Positions 46,731 through 55,784 of a stretch of DNA of 64,000 nt are shown piece after piece. Within the stretch, counting starts at the first letter, position 1. Every line of letters starts with the position of its first letter. The notes beneath the pieces are model-generated. The model was given only the letters and a program-made list of their open reading frames with translations, was not told the origin of the DNA and made no database searches. Source of the DNA: an uncultured Verrucomicrobia subdivision 3 bacterium (GTDB lineage Bacteria; Verrucomicrobiota; Verrucomicrobiia; Limisphaerales; UBA11358); NCBI GenBank assembly GCA_903870815.1, contig CAIQEI010000085.1:2043-66042 (forward strand), given 5' to 3'. Both the position numbers and the translations under genes were made by a program.

Positions 46731-47036
46731 ATGAACCCTGATGCTGATTCCCAAATTGCCGCGTTGAAAACCCAGATGTTCACGCTGCTGCTCGCGCTGA
46801 TCGTGGTGAGCGGCACGGTGACCGTTTATCTGTACCGGCAGGCGAGCCTCACGGGCAAGGATCTCAATGCCTCAAACCAGCTGATCGCCAACGTCCAACA
46901 TAACCAGGATCTCATCATCCCCTTTGCCAACCAACTGGCCGGATATGCCCAAACCCACCCGGACTTCCGACCGATATTGGCGAAGTATGGAATCCCGCTG
47001 ACCGGCCTGCCCACCAATACGTCCGTTAAAAAGTAA
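46731..47036 (+). CDS. small single-pass membrane protein (paralog)
   Basis: The ATG lies 1 nt after the upstream stop. It has one TM (MFTLLLALIVVSGTVTVYL) and a tail alignable with the upstream protein (PD..-IL motif). Confidence 0.5.
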   Translation: MNPDADSQIAALKTQMFTLLLALIVVSGTVTVYLYRQASLTGKDLNASNQLIANVQHNQDLIIPFANQLAGYAQTHPDFRPILAKYGIPLTGLPTNTSVKK

Positions 47037-47042
47037 CCGGAG

Positions 47043-47435
47043 TCACGTTTTCACTTTCCCGCCGCAGTTCGAACAATAGTTCGCCTGCGGCGGATTTTTT
47101 TGGCCGCAGACGACGCAGTCGGCGTGCGCCTGCTTGTGCCGCCGGTGAATCATCAAACTGCGGATGTAGGGAATCCAGGTAAACGCGTAGGCGAAAATGA
47201 AGACGGAATCCTTTTTGTGGATGGAATAGCATAGCAGCGTCAGCGATCCAACCAGGCTCAACCACCAGAACGCCTGCGGCACGACGACTTGCCGTTTTTT
47301 TTCCGTGGCATACCACTGCACCAGGAAGCGCGAGAAAAAAAACGCGTTGCCGAGCCAGCCAACGACCTTCCACACGCTCCAGTCGATGCCAAGCAGTTTG
47401 CCGTCGTGCCAGACAATGTCCACGGGCGAGTACAT
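47043..47435 (-). CDS. lipid-A-biosynthesis N-terminal (LAB_N) domain membrane protein with a C-terminal zinc ribbon
   Basis: WKVVGWLGNAFFFSRFLVQWYATEKKRQ...AFWWLSLVGS is typical of LAB_N. The C-terminus is CVVCGQ...CSNCG. Confidence 0.7.
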   Translation of the reverse strand: MYSPVDIVWHDGKLLGIDWSVWKVVGWLGNAFFFSRFLVQWYATEKKRQVVVPQAFWWLSLVGSLTLLCYSIHKKDSVFIFAYAFTWIPYIRSLMIHRRHKQAHADCVVCGQKNPPQANYCSNCGGKVKT

Positions 47436-47471
47436 GGCCAGATTAAGCCGCAGCCAGCGGGCGCTGACAAT

Positions 47472-48725
47472 TCATTTTCCCGGCTCGTTTTTGAGGTAAA
47501 GAGTCTGCGTTGGAAAGGCGAACTCGATCTTTTCCGCATCGAAACGCGCTTTGATCTGGAGATTCAGCTCCTGCATTTCCGCAAAGTGCTGTTTCGCGTC
47601 CGTCCCGTTCCAAACATGGACGACGAACAGATTCAGCGCCGAGTCCGCAAATTTGTTGAAGCTGATCAGGAGTTCGCCGGTTCGCGGGTTAGTATTGAAA
47701 ATTTCCTCCAGCAACAAGGTCGCACGCTTTACCTTTTCCGCCGGCGTGTCGTAGGTCAGGCCGAGGTTCATCTCGGTCTTGATGGTCGGGCGGCGCGTGA
47801 TGTTGGTGATGATGGCGTTGCCCATCAGCTTGTTCGGGATCGTCACATGATGCCCATCGGGATTGCGGATGGAGGTGCTGCGCAGGCCGATGGCTTCCAC
47901 CACGCCCTCCACGCCTTCCACTTTAATGCGGTCGCCCATATGAAACGGCTTATCCAAAAAGATCGCCACGGCGCCGAACAAATTGGCCACCGTGTCCTGA
48001 GCCGCGAGGCCGAGCGCCAAGCCGCCGACGGACAAGCCGGCGAGCAGCGTCTTGATGTTGATGCCCAGGTTGTCGGCCGTGAGCAAAACTGTGGCGATGA
48101 TGATGACGGCTTTGGCGCTTTTGCCGGCAAGCGGGATCAATTGCTCCGCAAACGCCTTGTCCTGCGGAGACACAATTTTTTCGCGCCAGACGCCGAGCAG
48201 CAGATCCACAAACTTCACAATTACATACGTCACCGAGCACGCGACAATGACAATCAGTGCGCGGGACAGGAAAACTTGCGCCCGCTCCGGCCATTCAAAA
48301 ACGTTTAGTCCGATGTTAAGCAGCACCACGAATGCAACCACCTTCACCGGCCCGCGCAGCAATTCCAAAATCAGGTCGTCGTATTTTGACGACGTCTTTG
48401 CCGCCACCCGCCTGAGCCAGCCGCTGACGAACAAATCGAGCAGCCACGCGGCACAAAAAGCCAGCGCGATGTAGATGAACGAGGCGAGATATTTCCACAG
48501 CGGCTCGCCCAGCGCCTTGGTGTCACAGAGAAAGTCCATCTGGTCCAGACCGAACGACATGCTGTGGTTGGGCAGCAAATGCCGCATCAGCAATGCCGCA
48601 TTGGTGGTAACTTTGCTGGCGGGCGGGTTTGTGGCCGTCTGCGCGCTGGCCCAGACCGACCAGAAAGCGACGACCAGCAGCAGCGCCAGTCCCAGCCGGT
48701 AGATCCATTGGAATCGCCATTTCAT
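47472..48725 (-). CDS. MscS-family mechanosensitive channel
   Basis: Motifs present are LAAQDTVANLFGAVAIFLDKPFHMGDRIKV..G.VEAIGLRST.IRN.DG..V.IPN. Confidence 0.9.
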   Translation of the reverse strand: MKWRFQWIYRLGLALLLVVAFWSVWASAQTATNPPASKVTTNAALLMRHLLPNHSMSFGLDQMDFLCDTKALGEPLWKYLASFIYIALAFCAAWLLDLFVSGWLRRVAAKTSSKYDDLILELLRGPVKVVAFVVLLNIGLNVFEWPERAQVFLSRALIVIVACSVTYVIVKFVDLLLGVWREKIVSPQDKAFAEQLIPLAGKSAKAVIIIATVLLTADNLGINIKTLLAGLSVGGLALGLAAQDTVANLFGAVAIFLDKPFHMGDRIKVEGVEGVVEAIGLRSTSIRNPDGHHVTIPNKLMGNAIITNITRRPTIKTEMNLGLTYDTPAEKVKRATLLLEEIFNTNPRTGELLISFNKFADSALNLFVVHVWNGTDAKQHFAEMQELNLQIKARFDAEKIEFAFPTQTLYLKNEPGK

Positions 48726-48767
48726 GCGTGGAAAATAAAACTCTTTGTAACCGTTGCCAACTGCGAT

Positions 48768-48971
48768 TCATCCGCCCGCGACGATCTTGACGATTTCCAG
48801 CCGGTCGCCAGCGCAGACTTGCCGCCGGGAAAATTCCGACGGCGCGACGGCCTCGCCGTTGTGCTCGACCACGACGCTACGGGGCAAAAGATTTTGCACT
48901 ACGAGAAACGCCTCCAACGAACACGGCAGTGGCGCCGCAATCGGTTTTCCGTTGGCGATGACCGAATCCAT
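48768..48971 (-). CDS. thiS: ThiS/MoaD-family sulfur carrier
   Basis: The 67-aa ORF has VEHNGEAV and a C-terminal GG. It lies directly downstream of the E1-like gene. Confidence 0.8.
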   Translation of the reverse strand: MDSVIANGKPIAAPLPCSLEAFLVVQNLLPRSVVVEHNGEAVAPSEFSRRQVCAGDRLEIVKIVAGG

Positions 48972-48988
48972 TTTACCAGTTTGGCAAC

Positions 48989-50134
48989 TCAGTAACGCGG
49001 CACGTTGCGGTCAATCTCATCCGACCACGCGGTGATGCCGCCTTTGACGCTCTTGACGTATTTGAATCCCTGCTGGCGCAGAAAAGCCAACGCCTTCATC
49101 GAGCGCACGCCGGCTTTGCAGTGCAGATAGTATTGCGTGTTCGGGTCCAGCTCGGTGAAGCGGCTTTGCAGTTCGCTCAACGGCAGCAGCGGCACACCGG
49201 CGACTTTCGCAATCTCGTATTCGTCGGGTTCGCGCACGTCAACGACCTTGATACCGAGGCCGGGATTATCCAAAGCCCGCTTCATGTCCTGCACGGTGAC
49301 TTCGTCGGGATTGCCGGCATTTTCCGGCTCGGGCACGATGCCGCAGAAGGTTTCGTAATCGATCAATTCCTTGATCGTCGGATGATCGCCGCAAATCGGG
49401 CACTTGGGGTCGCGGCGCAATTTTAATTCCCGGAATTTCAAATCCAGGGCATTGAACAGCAAGAGCCGACCAACCAGCGAGGTGCCTTTGCCGAGCGCGA
49501 GCTTCAAAATCTCCGTCGCCTGAATGCAACCGATAATGCCGGGCAAAACACCGAGCACGCCGCCTTCCGCGCAGCTCGGCACCATGCCGGGCGGCGGCGG
49601 TTCGGGATACAAACAGCGATAGCACGGTCCGCCCAGATGCGGCGCGAAGACGCTGGCCTGGCCCTCGAAACGGAAGATTGATCCGTAGACATTCGGCTTT
49701 TTGAGCAACACGCAGGCGTCGTTCGTGAGGTAGCGCGTCGGAAAATTGTCCGTGCCGTCCACGACAATGTCGTAGGGCCGGATGAGGTCGAGCGCGTTTT
49801 CAGACGAGATGCGCGTGTTATGGATGACCACTTCGCAATTCGGATTGATGCCGCGGATCGTTTCCTTGGCCGACTCGGCCTTAGAACGGCCCACATCGGC
49901 GTCGGTGTGGAGAATCTGGCGTTGCAGATTGGAATAATCCACGGTGTCGAAATCCACGATGCCCAGCTTGCCGATGCCGGCGGCGGCGAGATACATGGCA
50001 ATGGGCGAACCAAGACCGCCCGCGCCGATGCACAGGACGCTGGTGGCTTTGATTTTCTTTTGACCGGCCAGACCAACTTCCGGCAAAATCAAGTGCCGGG
50101 AGTAACGACGTATCTCTTCATTGTTCAGTTCCAT
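48989..50134 (-). CDS. ThiF/MoeB-type adenylyltransferase with a C-terminal rhodanese domain
   Basis: It has RYSRHLILPEVG, CIGAGGLGSP, two CxxC pairs and the rhodanese loop HCKAGVRS. The start is placed at MELNNEE (50134). Confidence 0.9.
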   Translation of the reverse strand: MELNNEEIRRYSRHLILPEVGLAGQKKIKATSVLCIGAGGLGSPIAMYLAAAGIGKLGIVDFDTVDYSNLQRQILHTDADVGRSKAESAKETIRGINPNCEVVIHNTRISSENALDLIRPYDIVVDGTDNFPTRYLTNDACVLLKKPNVYGSIFRFEGQASVFAPHLGGPCYRCLYPEPPPPGMVPSCAEGGVLGVLPGIIGCIQATEILKLALGKGTSLVGRLLLFNALDLKFRELKLRRDPKCPICGDHPTIKELIDYETFCGIVPEPENAGNPDEVTVQDMKRALDNPGLGIKVVDVREPDEYEIAKVAGVPLLPLSELQSRFTELDPNTQYYLHCKAGVRSMKALAFLRQQGFKYVKSVKGGITAWSDEIDRNVPRY

Positions 50135-50332
50135 AAATCGAGTCGAACAAAGTAGGGCAAAAGCTGAATAATGCAAGCCGCCGCCGATGCCTCAAAGATT
50201 TGTCACGGATACGCATGGATCCACCGATGCGGATAAATGGGTGCGGTCAACTGCGCCACTAAAACGCAATTCTTTAGCTTGACGTATCACAAGACTGTGC
50301 CATTTTGCCACATCAATAATTAATTATTGTCA

Positions 50333-51571
50333 ATGGCCGCAACGAAATCCAGTTTTCTAGACAAGGTCCTTGGCCGAATCGGTCGGCTGGACACGGAGGG
50401 GTTGCAAACCGTCGTTCAGCGGCTCGCGCGCGAACGCAGTTTTCTCGAAACGCTTTTCAACACCATTGAGGACGGGGTGCTGGTGGCGGACGAGCAAGGG
50501 CGGGTGATTTATTTCAATCAAGCCGTCACGCGGCTCATCGGCCTGCAAGCCGACGCCGAGAATTTGCAGATCGCGGACATTTTGCCGGAAGTGGATTGGG
50601 GAAAAATCTCCCGAACGGATCATGCCGGCGGCGCCCACGTATCGCGGCACGAATTCGAAATCCACTATCCGCGTCCGCGCTTTCTCCGGCTCTACGCCGC
50701 CCCGCTGGACGGCGAGGTCACGGGCAGTTCCGGCGTGGCGCTGATCCTGCACGACGCCACCGAGGCGCGGCAAAAAACATTCGAGGCCATAGAAAGCGAA
50801 CGCATCCAGGCACTGACCCTGCTCGCGGCGAGCGTCGCGCACGAGATCGGCAATCCGCTCAACGCGCTGCATATCCATCTGCAGTTGATGGAACGCGAGG
50901 TCAAGAAATTGAGGGGCGACGAATGGCCGGCGGCGGGCGGCAAGAAACCGGCTTCGCGGGTCCCCCGCCCGGCGGCCGCTCCCGAGGCCGCGCTTAAGCT
51001 GGAGCAATACCTGGACGTGGCGAAGGGCGAGATCAACCGCCTGGATTACATCGTCACGCAATTTCTGGGCGCGATCCGGCCCATGCCGGTGCAATTGAAA
51101 CTGGCATCGCTCAATGAAATCGTGGAAAAAACCGTGGAACTGCTGCGGCCGGAAATAGAAAATCGCGGCGTGACGGTAAAAACAAAATTGGCCCGCAACC
51201 TGACGGCGACGCCGGTGGACCGGACGCAGTTGCAACAGGTTTTGGTGAACCTCATGAAAAACGCGGCGCAGGCGATGACGACCGGCGGCACACTGACACT
51301 GCAGACGGGCGAGACGGCGGACGACGTGTGGGTGAGCGTGACCGACACGGGCGGGGGCATTCCCCAGGAGCAGATCAACCGTATTTTCGAGCCGTTTTAC
51401 ACGACGAAGAAGAAGGGCAGCGGCCTCGGCCTGATGATTGTCCAAAGAATTGTCCGCGCCCACAACGGCCGCATCGAACTGGAAAGCCATGTCGGCCGCG
51501 GCACGACCTTCCGAATCTGGCTGCCGCTGCATGAACGCAAACCGCGCTTGCTGACTGCAGCCACCCATTGA
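50333..51571 (+). CDS. PAS-containing sensor histidine kinase (NtrB/AtoS-like)
   Basis: It has a PAS-like N-terminus (IEDGVLVADEQGRVIYFN), the H-box SVAHEIGNPLNAL and N/G boxes (NLMKNAAQA, DTGGGI, GSGLGL). Confidence 0.85.
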   Translation: MAATKSSFLDKVLGRIGRLDTEGLQTVVQRLARERSFLETLFNTIEDGVLVADEQGRVIYFNQAVTRLIGLQADAENLQIADILPEVDWGKISRTDHAGGAHVSRHEFEIHYPRPRFLRLYAAPLDGEVTGSSGVALILHDATEARQKTFEAIESERIQALTLLAASVAHEIGNPLNALHIHLQLMEREVKKLRGDEWPAAGGKKPASRVPRPAAAPEAALKLEQYLDVAKGEINRLDYIVTQFLGAIRPMPVQLKLASLNEIVEKTVELLRPEIENRGVTVKTKLARNLTATPVDRTQLQQVLVNLMKNAAQAMTTGGTLTLQTGETADDVWVSVTDTGGGIPQEQINRIFEPFYTTKKKGSGLGLMIVQRIVRAHNGRIELESHVGRGTTFRIWLPLHERKPRLLTAATH

Positions 51572-51574
51572 ATT

Positions 51575-52939
51575 ATGGCTGAAAAACCGACGTTGCTGAT
51601 TGTGGACGATGAGAAGACGACGCGCGAGGGTCTCCGCGCTGCGCTTGAGGAACGCTACGACGTATACATCGCCGAGGACGCGCAGGCGGCGACGAACCTG
51701 CTCGAAAGCGAAAATTTCGACGTGATGCTCACGGATTTCCGGCTGCCAAACGAAGACGGCTTGAAATTGATCGCGCGGGCGAAATCCCTGTCACGCCCGC
51801 CGATCTGCATTTTGATGACCGCCTACGGATCCGAAGAGCTGGCGGTGGACGCGATGAAGCGCGGGGCGGACGATTACATCGCCAAAGGCCGGCTGCAGAT
51901 TGATGAACTGGAAATGCGGATCGCACGCGCCTTGAAGCAGCAAAATCTGGAGGTGGAGAATGTTTCCCTCCGCCGGCAACTCGAGGCCAAATTCGGGCTG
52001 GAAAACATCGTGGGAGAATCCCCGGCGATGCGGGAAATATTCGAGGTGGTCCAGCAGGTCGCGCCGACGCGGGCGACGGTGCTGGTGCTGGGTGAAAGCG
52101 GCACGGGCAAGGAACTCATCGCGAAAGCGCTGCACCAATTGAGCCCGCGCGCGAAGCAACCGTTCGTGACGGTTCATTGCGCGGCGCTGGCGCCGACCCT
52201 TTTGGAGAGCGAGCTGTTCGGGCACGAAAAAGGAGCGTTCACCGGCGCGCACGAGCGGCGCATCGGCCGGTTCGAGCTGGCGCAGGGCGGCACCTTGTTT
52301 CTCGACGAGATCGGCGAGATTGACGCGACGATCCAAGTGAAGCTGCTGCGTTTTTTGGGCGAGCGCACCTTCGAGCGCGTCGGCTCAAACCAAACCTTGA
52401 CCGCGGACGTACGGCTGGTGGCGGCCACGAATAAAAATCTCGCAGAACTGGTCAAAGCCGGTAAATTCCGCGAGGATTTGTTTTTCCGGCTGCGGGTTGT
52501 GGAGATCGAGCTGCCGCCGCTGCGCGCACGAACCGGCGATATACCGCTGCTGGCGCAGAATTTCCTGCGCGAGTTCGCGAAGGAAAACGGAAAAACGGTG
52601 GGCGATTTCACCGCGGACGCGCTGGAAGCCATGATAAATTTCTCGTGGCCGGGCAACGTGCGCGAGCTGCGTACGGCAGTGGAACATGCGGTGGTACTTT
52701 GCCGCGGGGAACGGATTGCTTTGCGGGATCTGCCGCCGACAGTGCGCGGGGTGGCGGCCGGCGGCGAGGCGAAGTTTTTTCAGGGAAAAGATTTGACGCT
52801 GAAGGACGCCGAGAAACAATTGATCATCCGCGCCCTGAAGGAGACGGACGGCAACCGGACACACGCGGCGCAAAAAATCGGCATGAGCCGGCGGACGTTC
52901 CACCGGAAGCTGCACGAGTATCACTTGGAAGGATTTTAA
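51575..52939 (+). CDS. sigma-54-dependent response regulator (NtrC family)
   Basis: It has a receiver domain (LLIVDDE...DVMLTDFRLP), an AAA+ domain (GESGTGKE, GAFTGA, ESELFGHEKGAFTGA) and a Fis-type HTH. Confidence 0.95.
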   Translation: MAEKPTLLIVDDEKTTREGLRAALEERYDVYIAEDAQAATNLLESENFDVMLTDFRLPNEDGLKLIARAKSLSRPPICILMTAYGSEELAVDAMKRGADDYIAKGRLQIDELEMRIARALKQQNLEVENVSLRRQLEAKFGLENIVGESPAMREIFEVVQQVAPTRATVLVLGESGTGKELIAKALHQLSPRAKQPFVTVHCAALAPTLLESELFGHEKGAFTGAHERRIGRFELAQGGTLFLDEIGEIDATIQVKLLRFLGERTFERVGSNQTLTADVRLVAATNKNLAELVKAGKFREDLFFRLRVVEIELPPLRARTGDIPLLAQNFLREFAKENGKTVGDFTADALEAMINFSWPGNVRELRTAVEHAVVLCRGERIALRDLPPTVRGVAAGGEAKFFQGKDLTLKDAEKQLIIRALKETDGNRTHAAQKIGMSRRTFHRKLHEYHLEGF

Positions 52940-52941
52940 TT

Positions 52942-54765
52942 ATGATGATTTCCGAACGGATTCAGCATGTGATTCATGCGCTCGAAGTCGGGGCGATTTC
53001 GCGCTGGCTGCGTTTTCTGCCGCTGGTGGCGGCCGTAGTCGGCCTGGTGGTGCTTTATGACGTGAACGCCTATCGCGGTTTTTATTCCCCGGAGGCGATG
53101 GACGCGGCGCAGGTGGCGCGCAACTTGTCGCAGGGGAAGGGTTTTACGACGGATTTCATCCGACCGTTCAGTGCGTATCTGCTCTCGAAGCACAACCGAG
53201 CGACCCAGGCCAGTGAGATTCCGACGGGCCACCCGGCGGACTTCGCGCAAATCAAGGGCCCACATCCCGACCTCGCCAACCCGCCGGTGTATCCGACCGT
53301 GCTCGCGGGTTTGATGCTTTTCTGGAAGCCGGATTTTACAGCGGAAACGCGCAAGCCCTTCTGGGCGGAAGGCGGAAAGTACATGCGTTACCAGGCGGAA
53401 TTCCGCATCGCCCTCATGAACCAATTGCTTTTATTGGCGGTGGTGGCGCTGACCTTTTTAATCGCCCGAAAGCTGTTTGATACGGCCGCGGCCTGGCTGG
53501 CGGCAGTGCTGACTCTGGGCGCCGATTTGTTGTGGCGGTTCAGCGTATCCGGCCAGTCCACGATGTTGCTGCTCGTCATCTTTTTGGGAATGGTGTGGTG
53601 CCTGGTGAAAATTGAGGAGCTAGGCCGGTCCGAAAAACCGCCGGTGCAAAAACTTTTTATCCTGGCGATTGCCGCCGGGGTGTTGACGGGGGCGGGGATG
53701 ATGACGCGCTATGCTTTCGGATGGACGATCATCCCAGTGATACTATTTCTCGCGCTCTTTGGCGGCGTGCGGCGCCCGGGTCTGGCGGTCGCGGCGTTTC
53801 TGGCTTTTGGCCTGACCGTGCTGCCATGGATCATCCGCAATCTAGCGGTCAGCGGCACCCTTTTCGGCACCGCCGGCTATGCGGTGGTGGAAGGGACGTT
53901 TGCCTTCCCCGGCTCACGACTGATGCAGTCGGTTGATCCCGATCTTACCTCGGCCTATTGGGTGCGGCCCTATCTGCGCAAATTTATGGAAAACGCCCGC
54001 TACATTCTCCAGGGCGATCTGCTGCGGGTGGGCGGCAGCTGGCTGGCCATGTTGTTTTTCGCCGGCTTGTTGCTCGGGTTGCGCAATGTTTCCGCCCGGC
54101 GGATGCGCTATTTTACGATGATGTGCCTGGGCGTGTTTATCATCGTGCAGGCGCTCGGCAAAACCCAATATTCCGCCCTCTCCCCCGAAATCAATTCGGA
54201 AAACCTGCTCGTGCTGCTCACGCCACTCGTGGCGATTTTCGGCACCATTTTTTTCCTGACGCTGCTCAACCAGATGAAGACGCCGTCGTTGCAGATCCGC
54301 CTGGCCGTCATTGGCCTGATGGTGGTGATCTCCTGCCAGCCGCTCATTGCGAGCCTGCTGCCACCCAAAACCTCCCCCGTCTCCTATCCGCCGTATTATC
54401 CGCCGGACATCCAGAAGATTTCCGGCTGGATGGGCCCCGATGAGATTATCATGAGCGACATTCCCTGGGCCATCGCCTGGTATGGCGACCACCAGTGCAC
54501 CTGGACCACCATCAATTCCCAATACGAATTCTTTCAGTTCAACGACTACGTCAAGCAGGTCCGAGCGCTTTACCTCACGCTCAACACGCTGGACGGGAAA
54601 CTCTTCACCGAATGCCTGCAGGGCGGCGTGGATAGCTGGGGGAATTTCTGCCTGAAGACCGTCGCCGCCAACCAGATTCCGACGCAATTTCCCTTGAAAG
54701 TCGCGCCTTACGGTTTGCTTTCCGGCCTGTTCCTCACCGACCGGCAGCGCTGGCCCACTGAATAG
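52942..54765 (+). CDS. large polytopic membrane protein, ArnT/PMT-like (GT-C fold) glycosyltransferase candidate
   Basis: The ORF is 607 aa from ATG 52942, 2 nt after the regulator's stop. It has more than 10 TM helices, and the first-loop motif YSPEAMDAAQVARNLSQGKGF resembles GT39/GT83 proteins. Confidence 0.5.
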   Translation: MMISERIQHVIHALEVGAISRWLRFLPLVAAVVGLVVLYDVNAYRGFYSPEAMDAAQVARNLSQGKGFTTDFIRPFSAYLLSKHNRATQASEIPTGHPADFAQIKGPHPDLANPPVYPTVLAGLMLFWKPDFTAETRKPFWAEGGKYMRYQAEFRIALMNQLLLLAVVALTFLIARKLFDTAAAWLAAVLTLGADLLWRFSVSGQSTMLLLVIFLGMVWCLVKIEELGRSEKPPVQKLFILAIAAGVLTGAGMMTRYAFGWTIIPVILFLALFGGVRRPGLAVAAFLAFGLTVLPWIIRNLAVSGTLFGTAGYAVVEGTFAFPGSRLMQSVDPDLTSAYWVRPYLRKFMENARYILQGDLLRVGGSWLAMLFFAGLLLGLRNVSARRMRYFTMMCLGVFIIVQALGKTQYSALSPEINSENLLVLLTPLVAIFGTIFFLTLLNQMKTPSLQIRLAVIGLMVVISCQPLIASLLPPKTSPVSYPPYYPPDIQKISGWMGPDEIIMSDIPWAIAWYGDHQCTWTTINSQYEFFQFNDYVKQVRALYLTLNTLDGKLFTECLQGGVDSWGNFCLKTVAANQIPTQFPLKVAPYGLLSGLFLTDRQRWPTE

Positions 54766-54767
54766 GA

Positions 54768-55781
54768 TCACGCCGCCGCGCGCCGCAGCCGGTCCGCGAT
54801 ACCCGACCACTCCGGCAAGTCCGGCGGCGACTCCACGATAATTAGTCCCGCGCCCGCCGCGTCGCAGCGGTGCAGTTCCGCGTAAAGCGCCCGCGCAAAC
54901 GCCTCCGCGTCATGCGGAATCACGCTCACATTCGCCGCGCCAAATCCAGCAGGGATTTTCGTGTGCGCGATGACAAAACAATGGCTTAGGGCAAATGGCG
55001 AATTACGAATTTGCCTATGCAGGTCGGCGTCATCGCGCCAGTTCAGCACCACCAGCTTGGCCTTGGGTGAATAATGCCTGGCCAGCATCCCCGGACTGCG
55101 CAGCCGGGAACCTGGATTTTGTGTCATGGCGTCGTGACTTTGAACTTCGCCGCAAACGGCCGCCAGCGATTCCGCATGGATCATGCCCGGCCGCAACAGG
55201 CGCGGCGGCGATACCGTCAAATCCAAAACGGTGGACTCGATCCCGACCTGCGACTGGCCGCCGTCCACGATCAAGCGAATTTTCCCGCCCAGTTCTGCGC
55301 GGACATGCGCCGCGTTCGTCGGCGAGACCTGGTTCGACAGATTGGCGCTCGGCGCGGCCAGCGGAAAACCGCATTCGCGGATCACCGCCTGCATGAATGG
55401 ATGCGCCGGCCAGCGGATGCCAACCGTTTCACCGCCCGCCGTAACCCCATCAGGAATGATTTCCGCGCTTGGCAGCACCAGCGTCAACGGACCGGGCCAG
55501 AAGGATTTGGCAAGCTTCGCCGCCGGCACCGGCCAGGTTTTCACGCAGCTTTTCGCCATCTCGTTGCCGGCGACATGAACGATAATGGGATTATGCGCCG
55601 GCCGGCCCTTGATTTGGTATATCCGAGCCACGGCGCTCTCATCGAGGGCGTTCGCGGCGAGGCCGTAAACGGTTTCGGTCGGCAGCGCCACGACTTCGCC
55701 GGCGCGCAATAATTCGGCGGCGCGGCGGATCGCTTGCCGGAAAAGCTCCGGCGTGTGGGTGGAAAGGATTTCAGCGTCCAC
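54768..55781 (-). CDS. L-threonylcarbamoyladenylate synthase (Sua5/YwlC type)
   Basis: It has VALPTETVYGLAANA and KGRPAHNPIIVHV, with a C-terminal Sua5 domain. Confidence 0.9.
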   Translation of the reverse strand: MDAEILSTHTPELFRQAIRRAAELLRAGEVVALPTETVYGLAANALDESAVARIYQIKGRPAHNPIIVHVAGNEMAKSCVKTWPVPAAKLAKSFWPGPLTLVLPSAEIIPDGVTAGGETVGIRWPAHPFMQAVIRECGFPLAAPSANLSNQVSPTNAAHVRAELGGKIRLIVDGGQSQVGIESTVLDLTVSPPRLLRPGMIHAESLAAVCGEVQSHDAMTQNPGSRLRSPGMLARHYSPKAKLVVLNWRDDADLHRQIRNSPFALSHCFVIAHTKIPAGFGAANVSVIPHDAEAFARALYAELHRCDAAGAGLIIVESPPDLPEWSGIADRLRRAAA

Positions 55782-55784
55782 GGC

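Noticed and set aside
47296-47303. A8/T8 homopolymer tracts inside coding regions (47296 in the LAB_N gene, 7371 in the batE-like gene, 39353 in araA) as phase-variation switches.
   Set aside because: They encode Lys-Lys pairs in otherwise intact ORFs. Tracts of 8 nt are short for efficient slippage, and nothing in the sequence suggests on/off variants.
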